Assembly: GCA_964016885.1 (NCBI GenBank) | Contig: OZ024742.1 | Span: forward strand, 78,616,001-78,680,000 | Origin: Eledone cirrhosa | Lineage: Eukaryota | Reading direction: 5' to 3' | Length of the DNA stretch: 64,000 bases | In this document: positions 26,341-40,595 of the stretch, one piece after another | How positions within the stretch are numbered: position 1 is the stretch's first letter | Layout: each line of letters begins with the position of its first letter | The notes under the pieces: generated by a model | What the model was told of the DNA's origin: nothing | What the model saw: only the letters and a program-made list of their open reading frames with translations | Database searches by the model: none | Translations under genes and position numbers: made by a program

Positions 26341-26500
26341 TTGTTTCTACTTTTGGTACAAGGCCAGCAATTACCCAGTGTATTACTGCTACTTTATTTT
26401 ATCGACCCCATAAGGATGAAAGGCAAAGTTAACCTTGGCGGGATTTGAACTCATAATGGCAAGGGTCGTAACTCTATGCGTCGAAGCATGGCGTCCGACC
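26341..26500 (-). mobile_element. Family-1 SINE flanked by a 131-bp direct repeat
   Basis: 26211-26341 equals 26506-26637 except for one A in a run. Confidence 0.9.
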
Positions 26501-26989
26501 CAAATCTCTTTCAAATTTCTCCCATCTTAGAAAAAAAAAATACAAATATTGGATATTATGATCCTATATTCCCTGCACATATGGAAAAGAAAACAGGATG
26601 ATCACATCTGGAATGATAATAAAGTAAGAATAATAATGGTTTCTAATTTAGGCAGAAAGCCATCAATTTGGGACTTTATTATATTGATCTGCCCCCACCT
26701 CCTCCATAGATGATAAGCAAAGTTGACTTCAGAGGGATTTTAACTCAGAATAACCCAAGACCACTGGTAAGATGACAAAAAAAAAATAGAAAAAAAAGGA
26801 AAAAAGGAAAAAAGTGGGGGGAGCCATTGAATGAAAAGACCCCAGCAAAATCCAAATTAATATTAAAGGACAACAATAAAAAAATAAGAATAGAGAATAA
26901 TGAATATAATAGTAAGCAGGAAATTGTAGGATTAATATGGGTGTAGGTTTGTGTGTGGTTGTAGTGTGTCTGTTTGAAAGGTTGCCTTA

Positions 26990-28191
26990 TCACCACCAAT
27001 AACAATACCACCAAAAACAACACCACTAACACCACCACCACAACACTTCCACCATCAACACAACCACTGCCAGTACCACTACAAGTGCTGCTACCACCAT
27101 AACCTCCACCATCAACAATACCACGACCACTGCCACCAATAAGCAGCACTACTACCAGCACTACTAACAGTGTCAGTATTACTACCACCACTAGCATTGC
27201 TACCACCACCACCAACATAGCCAACATCAATACCACCACAACAACCACCTCCTCTGCCACCACCCCTATCACTGCAGCAATCACCACCACAACCAAAACC
27301 ACAACAGCCACCACCACCACCAGCAACACTGCCACCACCCCTATCACTGCTTCAGAAACCACAACAAACACCACCACCAATATCACCACAACCAACAATG
27401 CCACCACAACCACAACCACCACCACTAATGTCACCACAACCACCAACACCACCACCACCACCAATGTCACCACAACCACCACCACCACCAATGTCACCAC
27501 AACCACCACCACCACCACCACCAATATCACCACCACCAATGTCACCACCACCACCACCACCACCACCACCACCATTAACAGATAATACAGAAAAGTCAAC
27601 AATGAAGTGATAATAGACTGTGTGAGGAAATGAAGGATAATAGAAGCAGATAAAAAGAAAGATGATGTGTATATTGTTTACATAATTCTGAATGGGAGGG
27701 CGGGAATCTTTGCTAAACAAAACAACAACAAATGACTCATATTTGAACAACGATGATGATGATGATGATGATGTTGATGATGGTGGGATGGAGAGTCATG
27801 GTCTCTGGTTATTATTCTTTGTATCTTTCTATTCCTATTATCTTTCTATATCTCTCTACTCTCCTTCTCTGTCTCTCTGTCTATATACTCTCCTTCTCTC
27901 TCTTTCTATATATAATCTCCTTCTCTCTGTCTATATACTCACTTCCTCTCTCTGTTTATTCCTATACTCTCCTTCTCACTGTCTATCTCTATACTTTCCC
28001 TCTCCTATGTCTGTCTATTTCTATACTCTACCCCTATCCTGATACTCTCCTTCTCTCTCAGTCTATCTCTATACTCCCACCCTCTCTCCCACCCTCTCTC
28101 GCTATACTCCCACCCTTTCTCAGTCTATCTCTATACTCCCACCCTCTCTCTCAATCTCTATACTCTCACCCTCTCTATCTCTATACACCCA

Positions 28192-28258
<67 letters not shown>

Positions 28259-28260
28259 TT
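26990..28260. repeat. ACC-rich (26990-27575) and CT-rich (27840-28225) low-complexity tracts
   Basis: Directly visible. Confidence 0.9.
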
Positions 28261-28960
28261 CGTTTAACGTCCATTTTCCACGCTAGAGCAGAGGAGGGTA
28301 TAGAGGTAGACTGAGAAAGAGGGTGGGAGTATAGTTTTGTCTATCTATTGTTTGTTCATTTAATCTGCTCTCCATACACAATCACCTATATAAGGTAGAA
28401 GCCACTTATTGGGATCACATTGGGACAGAAGAGGGAAAGGTAGGTGGAAGCTTTAGATAACATTAAGCAGCTGATAATATTAAGTGGAAAGATATAGCGA
28501 TCTACTGAACATTTATAGAACAGTTTCTTTAGAGTTTCTTTAGAACAATAACTGTTTGATAACTATATTTATGATAATATGTTTGATCAATCATATGAGT
28601 GTGTGTATGTGTGTGTATGTGTGTGTATGCATGTAATGTGTATGTATGTATGTGTGTATGTAATGTGAGTATGTATGTATAGTTGTTTTATTTTGTGTTC
28701 CAGTTGATATCCACCCAACAATGTGGTACTTTCGTGAGGTGCTCCTTTTGAGAGATACCATTTTTGGTAAGTAAAACACCACAAGGTATTTTGTCCTCTG
28801 GACCACGAAGACCCCAAATCAAAGAGGTACTCGATGCATGGTAAGATGCAGAGTGTGTATATTAGTGGAAATAGGGGATCTACTGTGAGCTCAGTGGTTT
28901 CAGTTAGTTACCTCTTAGCGTAACCACCGAGCTCACAGTAGATACTCTATTTCCAATAAT

Positions 28961-29329
28961 ATCATCATCACCATTTTATGTCCATTCTTCCACACTAGCA
29001 TGGGTTAGACAGGTTGTCCTGTTGTGGGCAGTGCCCAGTTGGCCGACCTTGTCTTGATCATACGGGAACTGATTCTGGCTTGATTTCTACAGCTGGATGC
29101 CCTTCCTAACACCAACCTCATTTACAGTGGGTGGTGGGTGTTTTTTTTCCGTGGCGCCTACACGACGACTTTACAGTGTGGGCTGGGTGCTTTTTTGCTG
29201 TAGCACCTCCATGACCACTTTGCAGTGGGAGGGAGTGAGGGCATATTGTCTATATGCTTCAGCTTTGGTTTGTACCCATGGGAAGTCGGGTCTTCTGTAT
29301 TACTGTGTGATGCCAGAAGTCACGGTCCT
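28961..29329 (-). mobile_element. RTE 3' fragment (same subfamily as 5288-5980 and 39311-39885)
   Basis: 3'UTR identity and (CAT)n tail. Confidence 0.9.
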
Positions 29330-29545
29330 GAGAACTCAATATAATATATGTCGCTCCTAGTAGTAAATGTAATCAAAGTTTAATCCAACATTTGATAAAG
29401 TAGATGTGAATATAAATTTATATGGCGGTTAACTCTTTTACTCTTTTACCTGTTCCAGCCATCCGGCTGAGGCCACCTTAAATATATATTTATATAAATA
29501 AACTAGTTAATTACATGACCATGTTAATTCCCATTATCTCTTAAG

Positions 29546-29737
29546 GGTGGTGGATTGGCAGAATTGGTAGAGCATCGGATACTATGCTTTGCAGCATAGA
29601 GTTATGGACCTTTACGTTCTGAGTTCAAATCCTACTGAGGTCAACTTTGCCTTTTATCCTTACGGGGGTGATAAAATAAAGCACTAGTAATGCACTGGGA
29701 TAATTGCTGGCCTGGTGCCAAAAGTAGAAACAATTAT
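29546..29737 (+). mobile_element. Family-1 SINE
   Basis: Full consensus; TSD attatctcttaa. Confidence 0.9.
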
Positions 29738-29914
29738 CTCTTAACACTCTGTAAAGATTTGGCAGAAAATATCTAAAAAGAAGTATATAAATACAAATAT
29801 TTATAATATCTTTAATAGTAGACAGATTGTTGTGAAAATTTAGAGTATTAGAACAAAGACTTTAATTTTAAATGTGATACAATCATATGAGCTGCTTTAT
29901 ACTTTTAAAAAGGC

Positions 29915-30205
29915 AGTGAATTGGCTGAGTCATTAGAATGTCAGAATTCTTTGCAGTATTTATTCTGACTCTTTGCTCTCAGAGTTCAAATCGTGCCAAT
30001 GTCAACTTTGTCTTTCTTCCATTTAAGTTCAATAAAAAAAAGTCTATATCTCTTTCTCCCTTCCTTTCCTTCCATGAAAAAATCTGCTGTATTCAGACCT
30101 GGAGAAGAGATGGGTTCTTCCAAGTTTTAAAATGTCCTAGAAACGCTGTATGTGAATATGGTACCCCTATGGCTACCTCAGGTGTTAAGGGTCCATACAT
30201 ACATA
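29915..30205 (+). mobile_element. SINE variant with a family-1-like head and a different 3' tail (also about 31740-32065 and 49165-49530)
   Basis: Three copies share ttca(g/a)acctggagag...aaatg(c/t)c...tcaggagtta...ccatacat. Confidence 0.7.
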
Positions 30206-30685
30206 TACTTTTAAAAAATGCTTAGCTAAATCAGTTTCTTGTAGTACAGAACGTCCAACCATTTCAAAAATACCAACTTGACATGAATATATAGACCAGT
30301 GTTCAAATCCAGCAAGAGTTAATAGTTCTTCTATCCAGTGCTTGTAAAATTAATATATTGCTGTCAATGAAACTGATTCAATTCATTTTCCCCACATAAA
30401 AAAAAAAAATGGCTTCCTGCCAAGTGAAAAAGAAGTCATTAATAGTAGTATTATCTCATGATAAAAATAGTTGCTATAATCTTCAGATCTACAGAGAGAT
30501 GGCCAAAACTGTGATTGTTTGAATTCTAGTGAGAGATGATGGTTGTTAATACCAGTTTGAGAGCAACACACAAACAAAATGGAAGATGACTGCAGCAGGT
30601 GCATAGGTGCAGTCTTTTGTTTAACTAGACAGACAGAGGTCAGATATCTAGTCATTTATTTTATTGTGTGTGTGTGTGTATATAT

Positions 30686-30753
<68 letters not shown>

Positions 30754-32990
30754 TCTATGGTACTGAGACCACAAATCATTGGAGTAATCACAAGCTCAAG
30801 CTGCTTGGTGGTTTTGCAGTGAAGTTCATGCCTCTCTCTCTGTTTGGTGGCACTCATTTCTAACCATCCACAGAGTAATCATGTATCCCTCAAATTGCAA
30901 GTTATTGTTTGAAATAAACAATGGTTCCTTGAACATGTGTGATCTCTGCTATCATCATCATCCTCATTTTCATTTTCATTTAGCATCCATTTTCCTACCT
31001 AGCAAGGGTGGGATGTGTTTTCACTGACCAGGTCAGTTCTCAAGAAAATGACCCTGCACTCAACCGAGCACTCAGATGGGCTGGATACCTGATCACACTT
31101 ATGTACATTTCTGCACTCTACTGAGTGCACATCATGGAATCGGTACTAGGGAGAGTGTCAGATGATTGGTGCAGTTGAAGTGTCATCCAATAATTTTTTT
31201 TTGTGGGGGTAGGGCAGAAAGTCATTTAATTCAACCCCAGTGTGTTACTAGTACAATATTTTATCGATGCCATAAGGATAAAAAGCAAAGCTAACCTCAG
31301 AGGAATTTGAACCCAGAATTTAAAGGGCTGTAATTCTACTGAGTGCACTTATCATTGAATCAGCATTAGGGAGAGTGGCATGTCATTGACACAGCTTCAT
31401 CAGGGCAGACCTGTGTCTAAACAGTAAGAAAAACAAAGATTTGTATGAGTATGAGCGTGTGTGTGTGTGAGGGGGGGGGGATAGAGAGAGGAAAAAGAAA
31501 GAGTTTACAAATAAAACAAAATCAATAATCTAATACCATACCCTTACACCCTACCCTCAATTCTCAATAACCTTTGCATTGTAAGACTGTTTACCAGGAC
31601 TGACCTTTCCATTGAAGTTTGTGGTGTGAGCTCACAACTGGCCCATAACATTCCTTTTGATATCAATTTGCATGAAACCACTCCTGGTTTTAGGATACAA
31701 AACTGTTTATTTTAAAGTGTTTATATTTATCTAAGGCAGAATCATTAAAACATTTGATAGAATGCTTCTTGTTATTCATTTTGGATCTCTGATCTCTGAG
31801 TTCAAATCCCGCTCGGTCAACTACACCTTTCATCCATTTAAGGTCCATAAAAAAAGTACCAGTCTAGTACTGTGATTGATTATTCTTTTATATCTCTTTC
31901 ACACTTCCATTCTCCCACACTATCCTTTTCTGGAAGAAATTTGCTGTATTCAACCTGGAGAGGAGATGGGCTCTGCCACATAAAAACAAAAAAAATGCCC
32001 TACAAATGCCATATATCAGTGCAGTACCCCTATGAATCCATCAGGAGTTACAGGACCATACATACATACACATTTATCAAAAATCCTTCCATTATAATTT
32101 TATGTAAGAACCTTTGTTAAACTGCTTGAAACACCAAGTTAATGAGAATATCAATATGAAATTACCTTTATTAGTTGTTATTGTTTACTTCATAAAAGAC
32201 AAGATGGAGTAAGAGATTAAGATGAAAAGGATAGTCATTGATAGACATTGAGGAGGTCACAGAATGTATGACAAAAGAACTTTGACAAACAAACCAATAA
32301 CTAGTAATGTGAAATTAGTTATATTACTAAAACCTTCCACATTCTTGTTTATTTTCAAAATGATATGAAAATCATAGGCAGTGTCTGGAATTAGAAATAT
32401 AGTGACAAAAGGATTAATAACAGTCAGAAACACCATCCAAATATCACTCTACCCACACACTATTGTCTTTTTTAAGGAAAGGAAGCAAAGCTGAAATATC
32501 TTTTAATATAGGCTTGCCACAATGAAAATCAGTGAGTAGTATTGGTGTTAATTGTGGTAGTAGTAGTGGCAGTGGCAGTGGTGATGATGGTATTATTATT
32601 ATCATTAGTAGTAGTATTAGTAGTAGTAGTAATATAAACAGTATCTGTAACAATAGATGCCGCAACAGCCCAAAAAGCCAAGAAAAAAGATAAATAAATA
32701 AAAAGCCAAATAATAAATAATAAATAGAAACAGACACCAACAATCATTATGGCAACGATAACAACAAGAACAACAACAACGACAGTAAATCAATTATTTA
32801 TTACTCAACAGTAGACTAAATAATCTAGTGTTATTTTAACAGGCCCAAAGGGCTCTGTTAATCTTGTTTTCTTTTTCAAGACACACACCCACTACCAAAT
32901 TATCATGACTTACTTCAAAGTTTAACATGAACAAAAGTTATTTCAATAGCAATATAGATTTTTTTTTCCTCATTAGTAATATTACTATTG

Positions 32991-33027
<37 letters not shown>

Positions 33028-33167
33028 AGTATCATGAGCTATACATTCAGATTACATCTAGCCAAACTGCCATCCACTCACTCATACATATATATTTTGT
33101 TTTTCCAGGCTCTATTGTATTATTAAAGACTAACTCTTTTGTATAATTTCTAACATTTAGCTCAATT

Positions 33168-33426
33168 TAATCCTTTTGTTACCATATTTAAAAGAAAATA
33201 CACTGCCAATGATCTTCAAACCATTTTGAAAATAATCAAGGATTTGGAAGTTTTTCACAATATAACTTTATATAACTAACTTTCTCATTATTATGCTGAT
33301 GTTTCAAATAAAACTTAACAATGGTTCTTACATACAATTATAAAGGAAGGCGTTTATATAAATGCAAACACTTTTATATCATAGAGCCAGGGTCAGTTTC
33401 AGGCAATTTGGCTTCAAAGAGGGTTA
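33168..33426. mobile_element. About 250-bp TTAA-type MITE (relatives near 22265-22506, 41476-42301 interrupted, 42540-42732, 44990-45076)
   Basis: ttaatccttttgttaccatattt ... aaagagggttaa ends; shared internal ttttgaaaataatcaag. Confidence 0.6.
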
Positions 33427-33735
33427 ACAACAATGCCTGTCCATTTGATTGGAACCATTTGCACCAGATATCCATCCTCATTTCACCTTCATGCCCATTT
33501 TGCATCCCTCACAAATAGTGACCTACAATTGTTCTATTTCACCATCCATCACATCAAACTCACCGGTCAGAGAAGAACTGCAAAGGTAATTGTCATGAGG
33601 ATTCCTCAGACCAACTTATATCCAGCTGTAGAATACTTGTCAAAGAAGGGTACAGAGGACTCATAAGTTATATCAAGGACATGACCACCTCCCTAGGACC
33701 TGTGTCATGGTAAAATACTGGTGCACTCTTGAGAG

Positions 33736-34045
33736 CAGTCATGGACAACCTGCAGCCCGCAGGCCGCATGCAGCTTGTGAAGCTTTCTGAATAGCTCGCC
33801 TAAGTCACCTTAGTGAAATCTTTCTGATTTTTTTACCTCAACTTTTCAATCGTAATTCATCTTTCTATCATTGTTATGATCGAGGAAAACAATGTCGTGT
33901 ACACATTCTGAAGAAACAAATCAAAACAACCTGAGTTACCGCCCTTTTTTTTATGTGGGCACGAATGTAAATTAGCGCTTGCGGCCCACCTGATGAAGAG
34001 CCATATCTTATGCGGCCTGCTTCTCGAAAAAAGTTCTCTGTGCTT
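33736..34045. mobile_element. hAT/Charlie-like MITE, decayed
   Basis: cagtcatggacaacctgcagcccgcaggccgcatgc left end; gcggcc subterminal motifs near the right end. Confidence 0.6.
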
Positions 34046-37000
34046 TCTATAGAGTGAGGGAGCGTTTGTAAGTAAAGAATTGCCCCAACACATCTGAACG
34101 ATCATTAGCCCTAATTAAGTACCTCTTGCAGAGATGATAAATGATGGTGATGATAATAATATATATATAATACTGACTGAAAAATAACAACTGTCTAAAA
34201 CAAAAATAGATATGCCATGCTAGTTAAATCAAGTGATTCAGCCAGTGAAATCATATCACAAATATGGTTACCTAGTAGTGAAACTTTAGTCTAATGTAAG
34301 AGTTCTATACTACAACCAGGATCAGATTATTAAAGAAAACTGATGCCAGAAGTACAACCCAACAATGGTACTCCTTTCACTATTCTACTGTCTAACTGAC
34401 AAGGACATGAAAACATAATAGAAACTGACTGTGAAATAACAAATTAAACAAACAATGTACATAGCCATAGATTGGACTTTGAAGCACTGAGAATATAGAA
34501 TTAATATAAAGAATGGTGTGCTCATGTGCAGAGATGCTATAAAATAGCTTTTAAGCTATTTTATAGCATCTTTACATGAATAAATTAAAAATACTTTTTT
34601 CTTACTAGTCATCATCCTACAGGCCATACCCAATATCTATATTTATTTATCCAAAACTTATAGCAATAAGCAATATAAACAAATTGTTTACTTATAATTA
34701 GGGCAACAAGAAAAGAAAAAAGCAGAAAATATTCCACACTTTTTTTATTCATAAAAAAAAAAAAAAATCATAATTTGCCATTTGCAGCATAGTAAATCTG
34801 GCAGTGGGGAAAAAAAACTCTGTGGTGCTCCCTTCTTTTGGTACACTATTCATATGCATAATTTGTTAAAAGGTTATTCCATCCCTGTCATTACTAATAA
34901 AAATATTGTGCACAAATGGCAAGCATCGTTACACTAAATATGCAAGGCATTTCACCCAAGACTCAACTGATTCTGCCAATGTAATCACTATTAATCATCC
35001 GTTAAAGCTGACAACTTAAAGACCATTTAAATTTTCCCCAAGCACACATTATGGTTTTTTTTCAATTCGTTGTGAGGAAAGGTGCTCAAATAGTTGCAGC
35101 ACTGTGGACTCTGTTAAAGGCACCCAAGGGAAAGGTTACGTTATGAAACTAAGTGACAGATTAAATCTGCCATTCATATAGGCCACAACAAAGAGCTATA
35201 ACAAATACAGTAAGACATCTAATATGATCTTTTAATAATGCCACTTATCCACTGCTATTTGCTGGTACTTTATTCATATTGATCCCAGAAAGTTGAAGGA
35301 TAAATTTGACCTTGGCAGGATCAGAATTAAGAGTGTATGGAGCTGGAATATATTATGCAGAGCTTTTTGTCCAATACTCTTAACACTTCTACCAATATGC
35401 TGCCTGACCACGTTATAATTTAACGTGGGATATATATCTTAATTTCAACTTGCGATAGTAGTGGTTTTAGGGTTGGTGGTGGTGATAGTAATAGTAGCAG
35501 TAGGGTGTGGATCATTCTGATGGTATTTTGTGATGGTAATGGTATTGGTAATGCCTGACCATTTTGAAAATTAAGCTTCCAACATACCTGGAACTCTACA
35601 ACCACCATTCTTCTTTTACCCATGCCTTAAATCTTCCTGATCCCCATGCGTTTGCTTCAATAAATAAAGCTGCCTACATTATATATATTCATCACTACAC
35701 TACTATCATATATCTACCATTTTACCATAATACACCACCACATCATCAAGGCTAAGATGATTTACTACCACCACATCTACAGTATCAAATCAACTACAAG
35801 AGTCACCCATATTTGTACAGCATAACCAATTAAATTACCAACAAACAGACCACACTGCCACCAGCTCTACTGCAACAATAACATTCACAAGCCCACACCT
35901 ATTATAATTATACCCAGAGTCTCTGAGAGGAGAAAAACAAATGAATGATAGGTTATTTTTCTTTGGTGAACCAATTAAAACTGCTTATATTAAAACTACT
36001 GCCAACAACAACAAATACGACTCACCACCCAAATCGCTATGAACAATAAGAAAACACCAACATTAACCAAGTCCCCAACACCACAACTGATACCTGTCAT
36101 CATCATCACCTACAACAAATGAGATAATGAGGGAGTCCCAATATGGCCAATCAATTTGCTAGAAATAGCAGACTAATCTCTCTCAAATCAAGAGCCGATG
36201 AGGGAACATTTATCCTCAGCTTCATCATCATCAGCATCATTTCAATGTCATCTTTCCCTGCTAGCAAGAGTTGGATGGGACTACATAGACCATGTCAGTA
36301 CTGAAGTAGTGGCTACTGCTTTCGCAGACAATCCAGGGATCTGCCATTTTGCTTACATACAGTCTCTATGTTGTTGTTATCTAAAAAGGAAGGGTACATA
36401 GTACATTTATTACTACATTATCCCATGTCTGAAATTAAGAAGGATGTTCATACCTGAAACACCTTTGTCCACAGGTTTTCTCAATCAAGTCTGACATAAG
36501 ACCCAACAACAAGGGAACTTCTATAAATTTGCCCAAACTGGTAAAAATAGCAACCCAATTTCTCCTCAAATCACACTAACTAATAACAAAACCATACATT
36601 AGATAATGTAGTTCTAAATATAAGAACACTGGATGGTCATGGCTGGAATCACTTTAGCCATAGGTCTACTTAAGGTTGACCTTGAACTAAACAAAAACAG
36701 TATCAGCAGCAGCATTCACCCAATATATCAATACCAGTAACTATATCAATATTAGAATTAAAAACATTCTATGTGATCACTTGACCTGCTAGCGTTAGCA
36801 GTTATATCATATTCTACTATCTCAAAATGGGTGGAACACATTGGGTAAGATAGTGGTAGATATGTAAATGTGGTTGGCGTTAGGAATAGCATCCAGCTGT
36901 AGAAACCAAACCAGAAACAGTTTGGAATGAGCATGACATGGTCACCTATTCTGACTTGCTTCAAATGGGATAACTCATCTAATCCAAGCTAGCATGGAAA

Positions 37001-37208
37001 AATGGACGTCAAACAGTTATGATGATGAAAGAGAGAATGGTCAACATTGAAAGAAGTTCTTCTCAGTTGGGCTGCCAAATGCCTAAATAACAATACTATC
37101 AATTCTTTTCCACATAAAACTAACACCTGGTTCCACTTAACAACACTATCCATTATGTCAACACAATAAAAGCCCTACTAATTCTACCCACACAACAACA
37201 CAAACACA

Positions 37209-37410
37209 TGTGCCCACTATACATTGTCAACATACCAGCATCACCACCAATTCTACCCACCCATCAACAACCACGCTAACAACTGTGCCCACTATGTCGA
37301 CATACCAACAGCACCACCAATTCTACCCACCCATCAACAACCACGCTAACAACTGTGCCCACTATGTCGACATACCAACAGCACCACCAATTCTACCCAC
37401 CCATCAACAA
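37209..37410. repeat. 70-bp tandem repeat, about 3 units
   Basis: ccatcaacaa at 37261, 37331 and 37401. Confidence 0.9.
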
Positions 37411-37668
37411 CTGCAACATAAACAGCTATTACATTATACTACATTACTGCTACTGTAGCTATTACTACATGCTACAATACAGCTACTACCACTACCCATT
37501 ACATATCCACCTCTATGTCTGCCCATCTTCAGTATTATATTATCACACATCATTCATATAGCAATCACCACAATTAGCTTAGCAACACTAAAATTCAAGA
37601 CAAGAGATAATTATTCCTGTCAGTCAATGGTTTGTGTATATATATATATATGCATGCCAATGTGTGTG

Positions 37669-37727
<59 letters not shown>

Positions 37728-37939
37728 TTATCTATATATATATATATATACATACACACAAACACACATACATACATACGCACATATATATATATATATA
37801 CACACATGTGTGGGTTTTTTTTTTGTGTAGTGTGTTAAGTTTGATTTCAGACGCTTTCTGTTTTTGTTTTAGTCTTGCAGCCGTTTTAACATATTTGTAT
37901 TGACTGGTGAAGAGCAGTAGACATAATCATCATTTTAAC

Positions 37940-38315
37940 CAACAACAGTAACACCAACACCTCCCAGACACACCACCAACAACACCACTGCACAACACTA
38001 CCACCACCACCACCACCACAACCAACAACACCACTACACAACACTACCACCACCACCACCACCACCACCACCACAACCAACAACAACACTACCACCACCA
38101 CCACCACCACAACCAACAACAACACTACCACCACCACCACCACCACAACCAACAACAACACTACCACCATCACCACCACCACTGGTATAATAGCACTTGT
38201 CACTACCAAAACTAATATTGCCTTCATCACCATGGTAGCCCAGTGTTAATAAGACCAACTAACACTGTCTGCTACCATCAACATCATCATCACAATCCTC
38301 ATTGCTGTCCACTAC

Positions 38316-38346
<31 letters not shown>

Positions 38347-38700
38347 TTCATCATCATCATCATCATCATCATCTTCATCACAATCCTCATCACTGTAAAC
38401 TATTGTCATATTAATCACTGTCATAATTACTATGTAAACATTTCTATCATCATTATCACTAGAATTAATATCATCATCATCACCATCATTTGAATCGTCA
38501 TCATCATGACTATCATTATCTTCATAATCATCATTATCATCATCACCACCATCACTTGAATCCTCATCAACAACATCATCATCATCATCATTTTCATCAA
38601 CATCATCATTATCATCATCATCATCACCACCATCACTTGAATCATCATTATTATCATCATCATCCCTTGAATAATCATCATTAGCATTATCATCACTGCC
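37940..38700. repeat. (ACC)n-rich and (ATC)n-rich tracts
   Basis: Directly visible. Confidence 0.92.
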
Positions 38701-39310
38701 ATGTAGGAACATTATTATCATTGTTAAGCCCTTTGTCATCACTGTCATCCCTCATCACAAGTGAAACTGCCATAAACAATGGGCAATGTAGCCCAAAGCA
38801 ATGTAGCCCATGCTGTCAGTCATGAAACTCCTACCAAAGATACTGCTATTGGCTAAAATACCATAATCATCTTTCCTTCTTGTGTCCCTCATCACCATCA
38901 GTAGCATAACAGAAATAGTAACATATATCCTAAACAACCTAACAACTTTCATTGAACACCACAAAACCACAGGGGGTTATACATGATACTGTAACATTGG
39001 GAAATATGTTTTTAAATGTGTCCAATATTCTCAGTGATCAGTGAAAGACATTCCACTGGAAGAAGGTTGCAAATAAAACAATAAGTAAATAAAATAGACT
39101 AATAAACAGTTCTATCTGGCTGCTGTTCTGTCTACGAGCAGCAAGTCTATTTAATAACATAATGGTGTCAATTTTCTTAAAAAAAATTCTTTAAGGAGAC
39201 AGCAATAATGGTAGTTTAACTTTATATAAAGGTCTTACTTTCTGCTGATATCCATCAAGTAATTATAAACAAACTCAAAAATAAGCATACATGTATGTAT
39301 ATATGTATAT

Positions 39311-39885
39311 ACTGAGCATAAGAGGAATCAAATGCTGTGTGCAGGAGAGGCGGTTGCGTTGGTATGGACATGTGATGCGTATGAAGGTTGACAGCTGCAT
39401 AAAAAGGTGCAGAGCACTAGAAATCAATGGAAACCGCGGAGTGGGGAGACCCAAGAAGACCTGGGATGAGGTGATAAAAGCCGACCTTACCCAATTACAC
39501 CTCTCAAAGGCGATGACTCACGACCGTGACCTCTGGCGTCACGCAGTAATACAGAGTACCCGACCACCCATGGGTACAAGCTGAAGCATATAGACAATAT
39601 GCCCCCACACCCTCCCACTGCAAGGTGGTCGTGGAGGTGCCACAGCAAAAAAGCACCCAGCCCACACTGTAAAGTGGACATGTAGGCGCCACGAAAAAGC
39701 ACCCAGCACTCACTGTAAATGAGGTTGGTGTTAGGAAGGGCATCCAGCTGTAGAAATCAAGCCAAAATCAGTTCCTGTATGAGCAAGGCATGGTCAGCCG
39801 ACCAGACACTGCCCACAACAGGACAACCCGTCTAACCCATGCTAGCATGGAAGAACGGACGTAAAACAGTGATGATGATGATGAT
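39311..39885 (+). mobile_element. 5'-truncated RTE LINE copy
   Basis: LSIRGIKCCVQERRLRWYGHV...; near-identical to 5288-5830; (GAT)n tail into (TA)n. Confidence 0.93.
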
Positions 39886-40121
39886 ATATATATATATATA
39901 AATATGCATATATGTTTGTATGCATTCATATGTATGTATGCATACATATATACATACATACATATGTATACATACATGTATACATATATACATACATATA
40001 TATACATATATATACATAGATACATATATATATATATATACATACATACATATATATATACATACATACATATACATACATACATATATATACATACATA
40101 CATATACATACATACATATAT

Positions 40122-40153
<32 letters not shown>

Positions 40154-40156
<3 letters not shown>

Positions 40157-40414
40157 TGGTGAAGGGTAACCTGGAAAGCAGGGCATGCAGTTCAATCGCC
40201 ATGGTGGAAAGTAGAGCTGTGCAGCCTTATCTACCCCCCCATTCCCTCTAAATGACCCTCCCGGTCAAATCCGCATGTAGTGTTATCTAGTGTGTGTGTG
40301 TGTTATCTTTTTATGTGTCTACGATTTAGTAAGCAGCCAAAATTCTGCTTGTTTCAACCGACGCAATTGTTCAACTCAAGATTCTATAATGCATGCATGC
40401 ACCCTTCGCCCCTG
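40154..40414. mobile_element. MITE with about 14-bp TIRs inserted in (TA)n
   Basis: cagtggtgaagggt ... acccttcgcccctg (12/14 match), (TA)n on both sides. Confidence 0.6.
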
Positions 40415-40595
40415 ATATATATATATATATACACACGCATATATATAAATATATATATATATATCGGCCTGCCTGCCCAGCTAGTGTGATGGCGTCATCG
40501 TATGGCTAAAACAGCACGTGCTGTGACCAGCGGCGCCAAATGGCGCCCGACAGACAGGTCGATCAAGGTGATCAAGGTGATATATATATATATAT

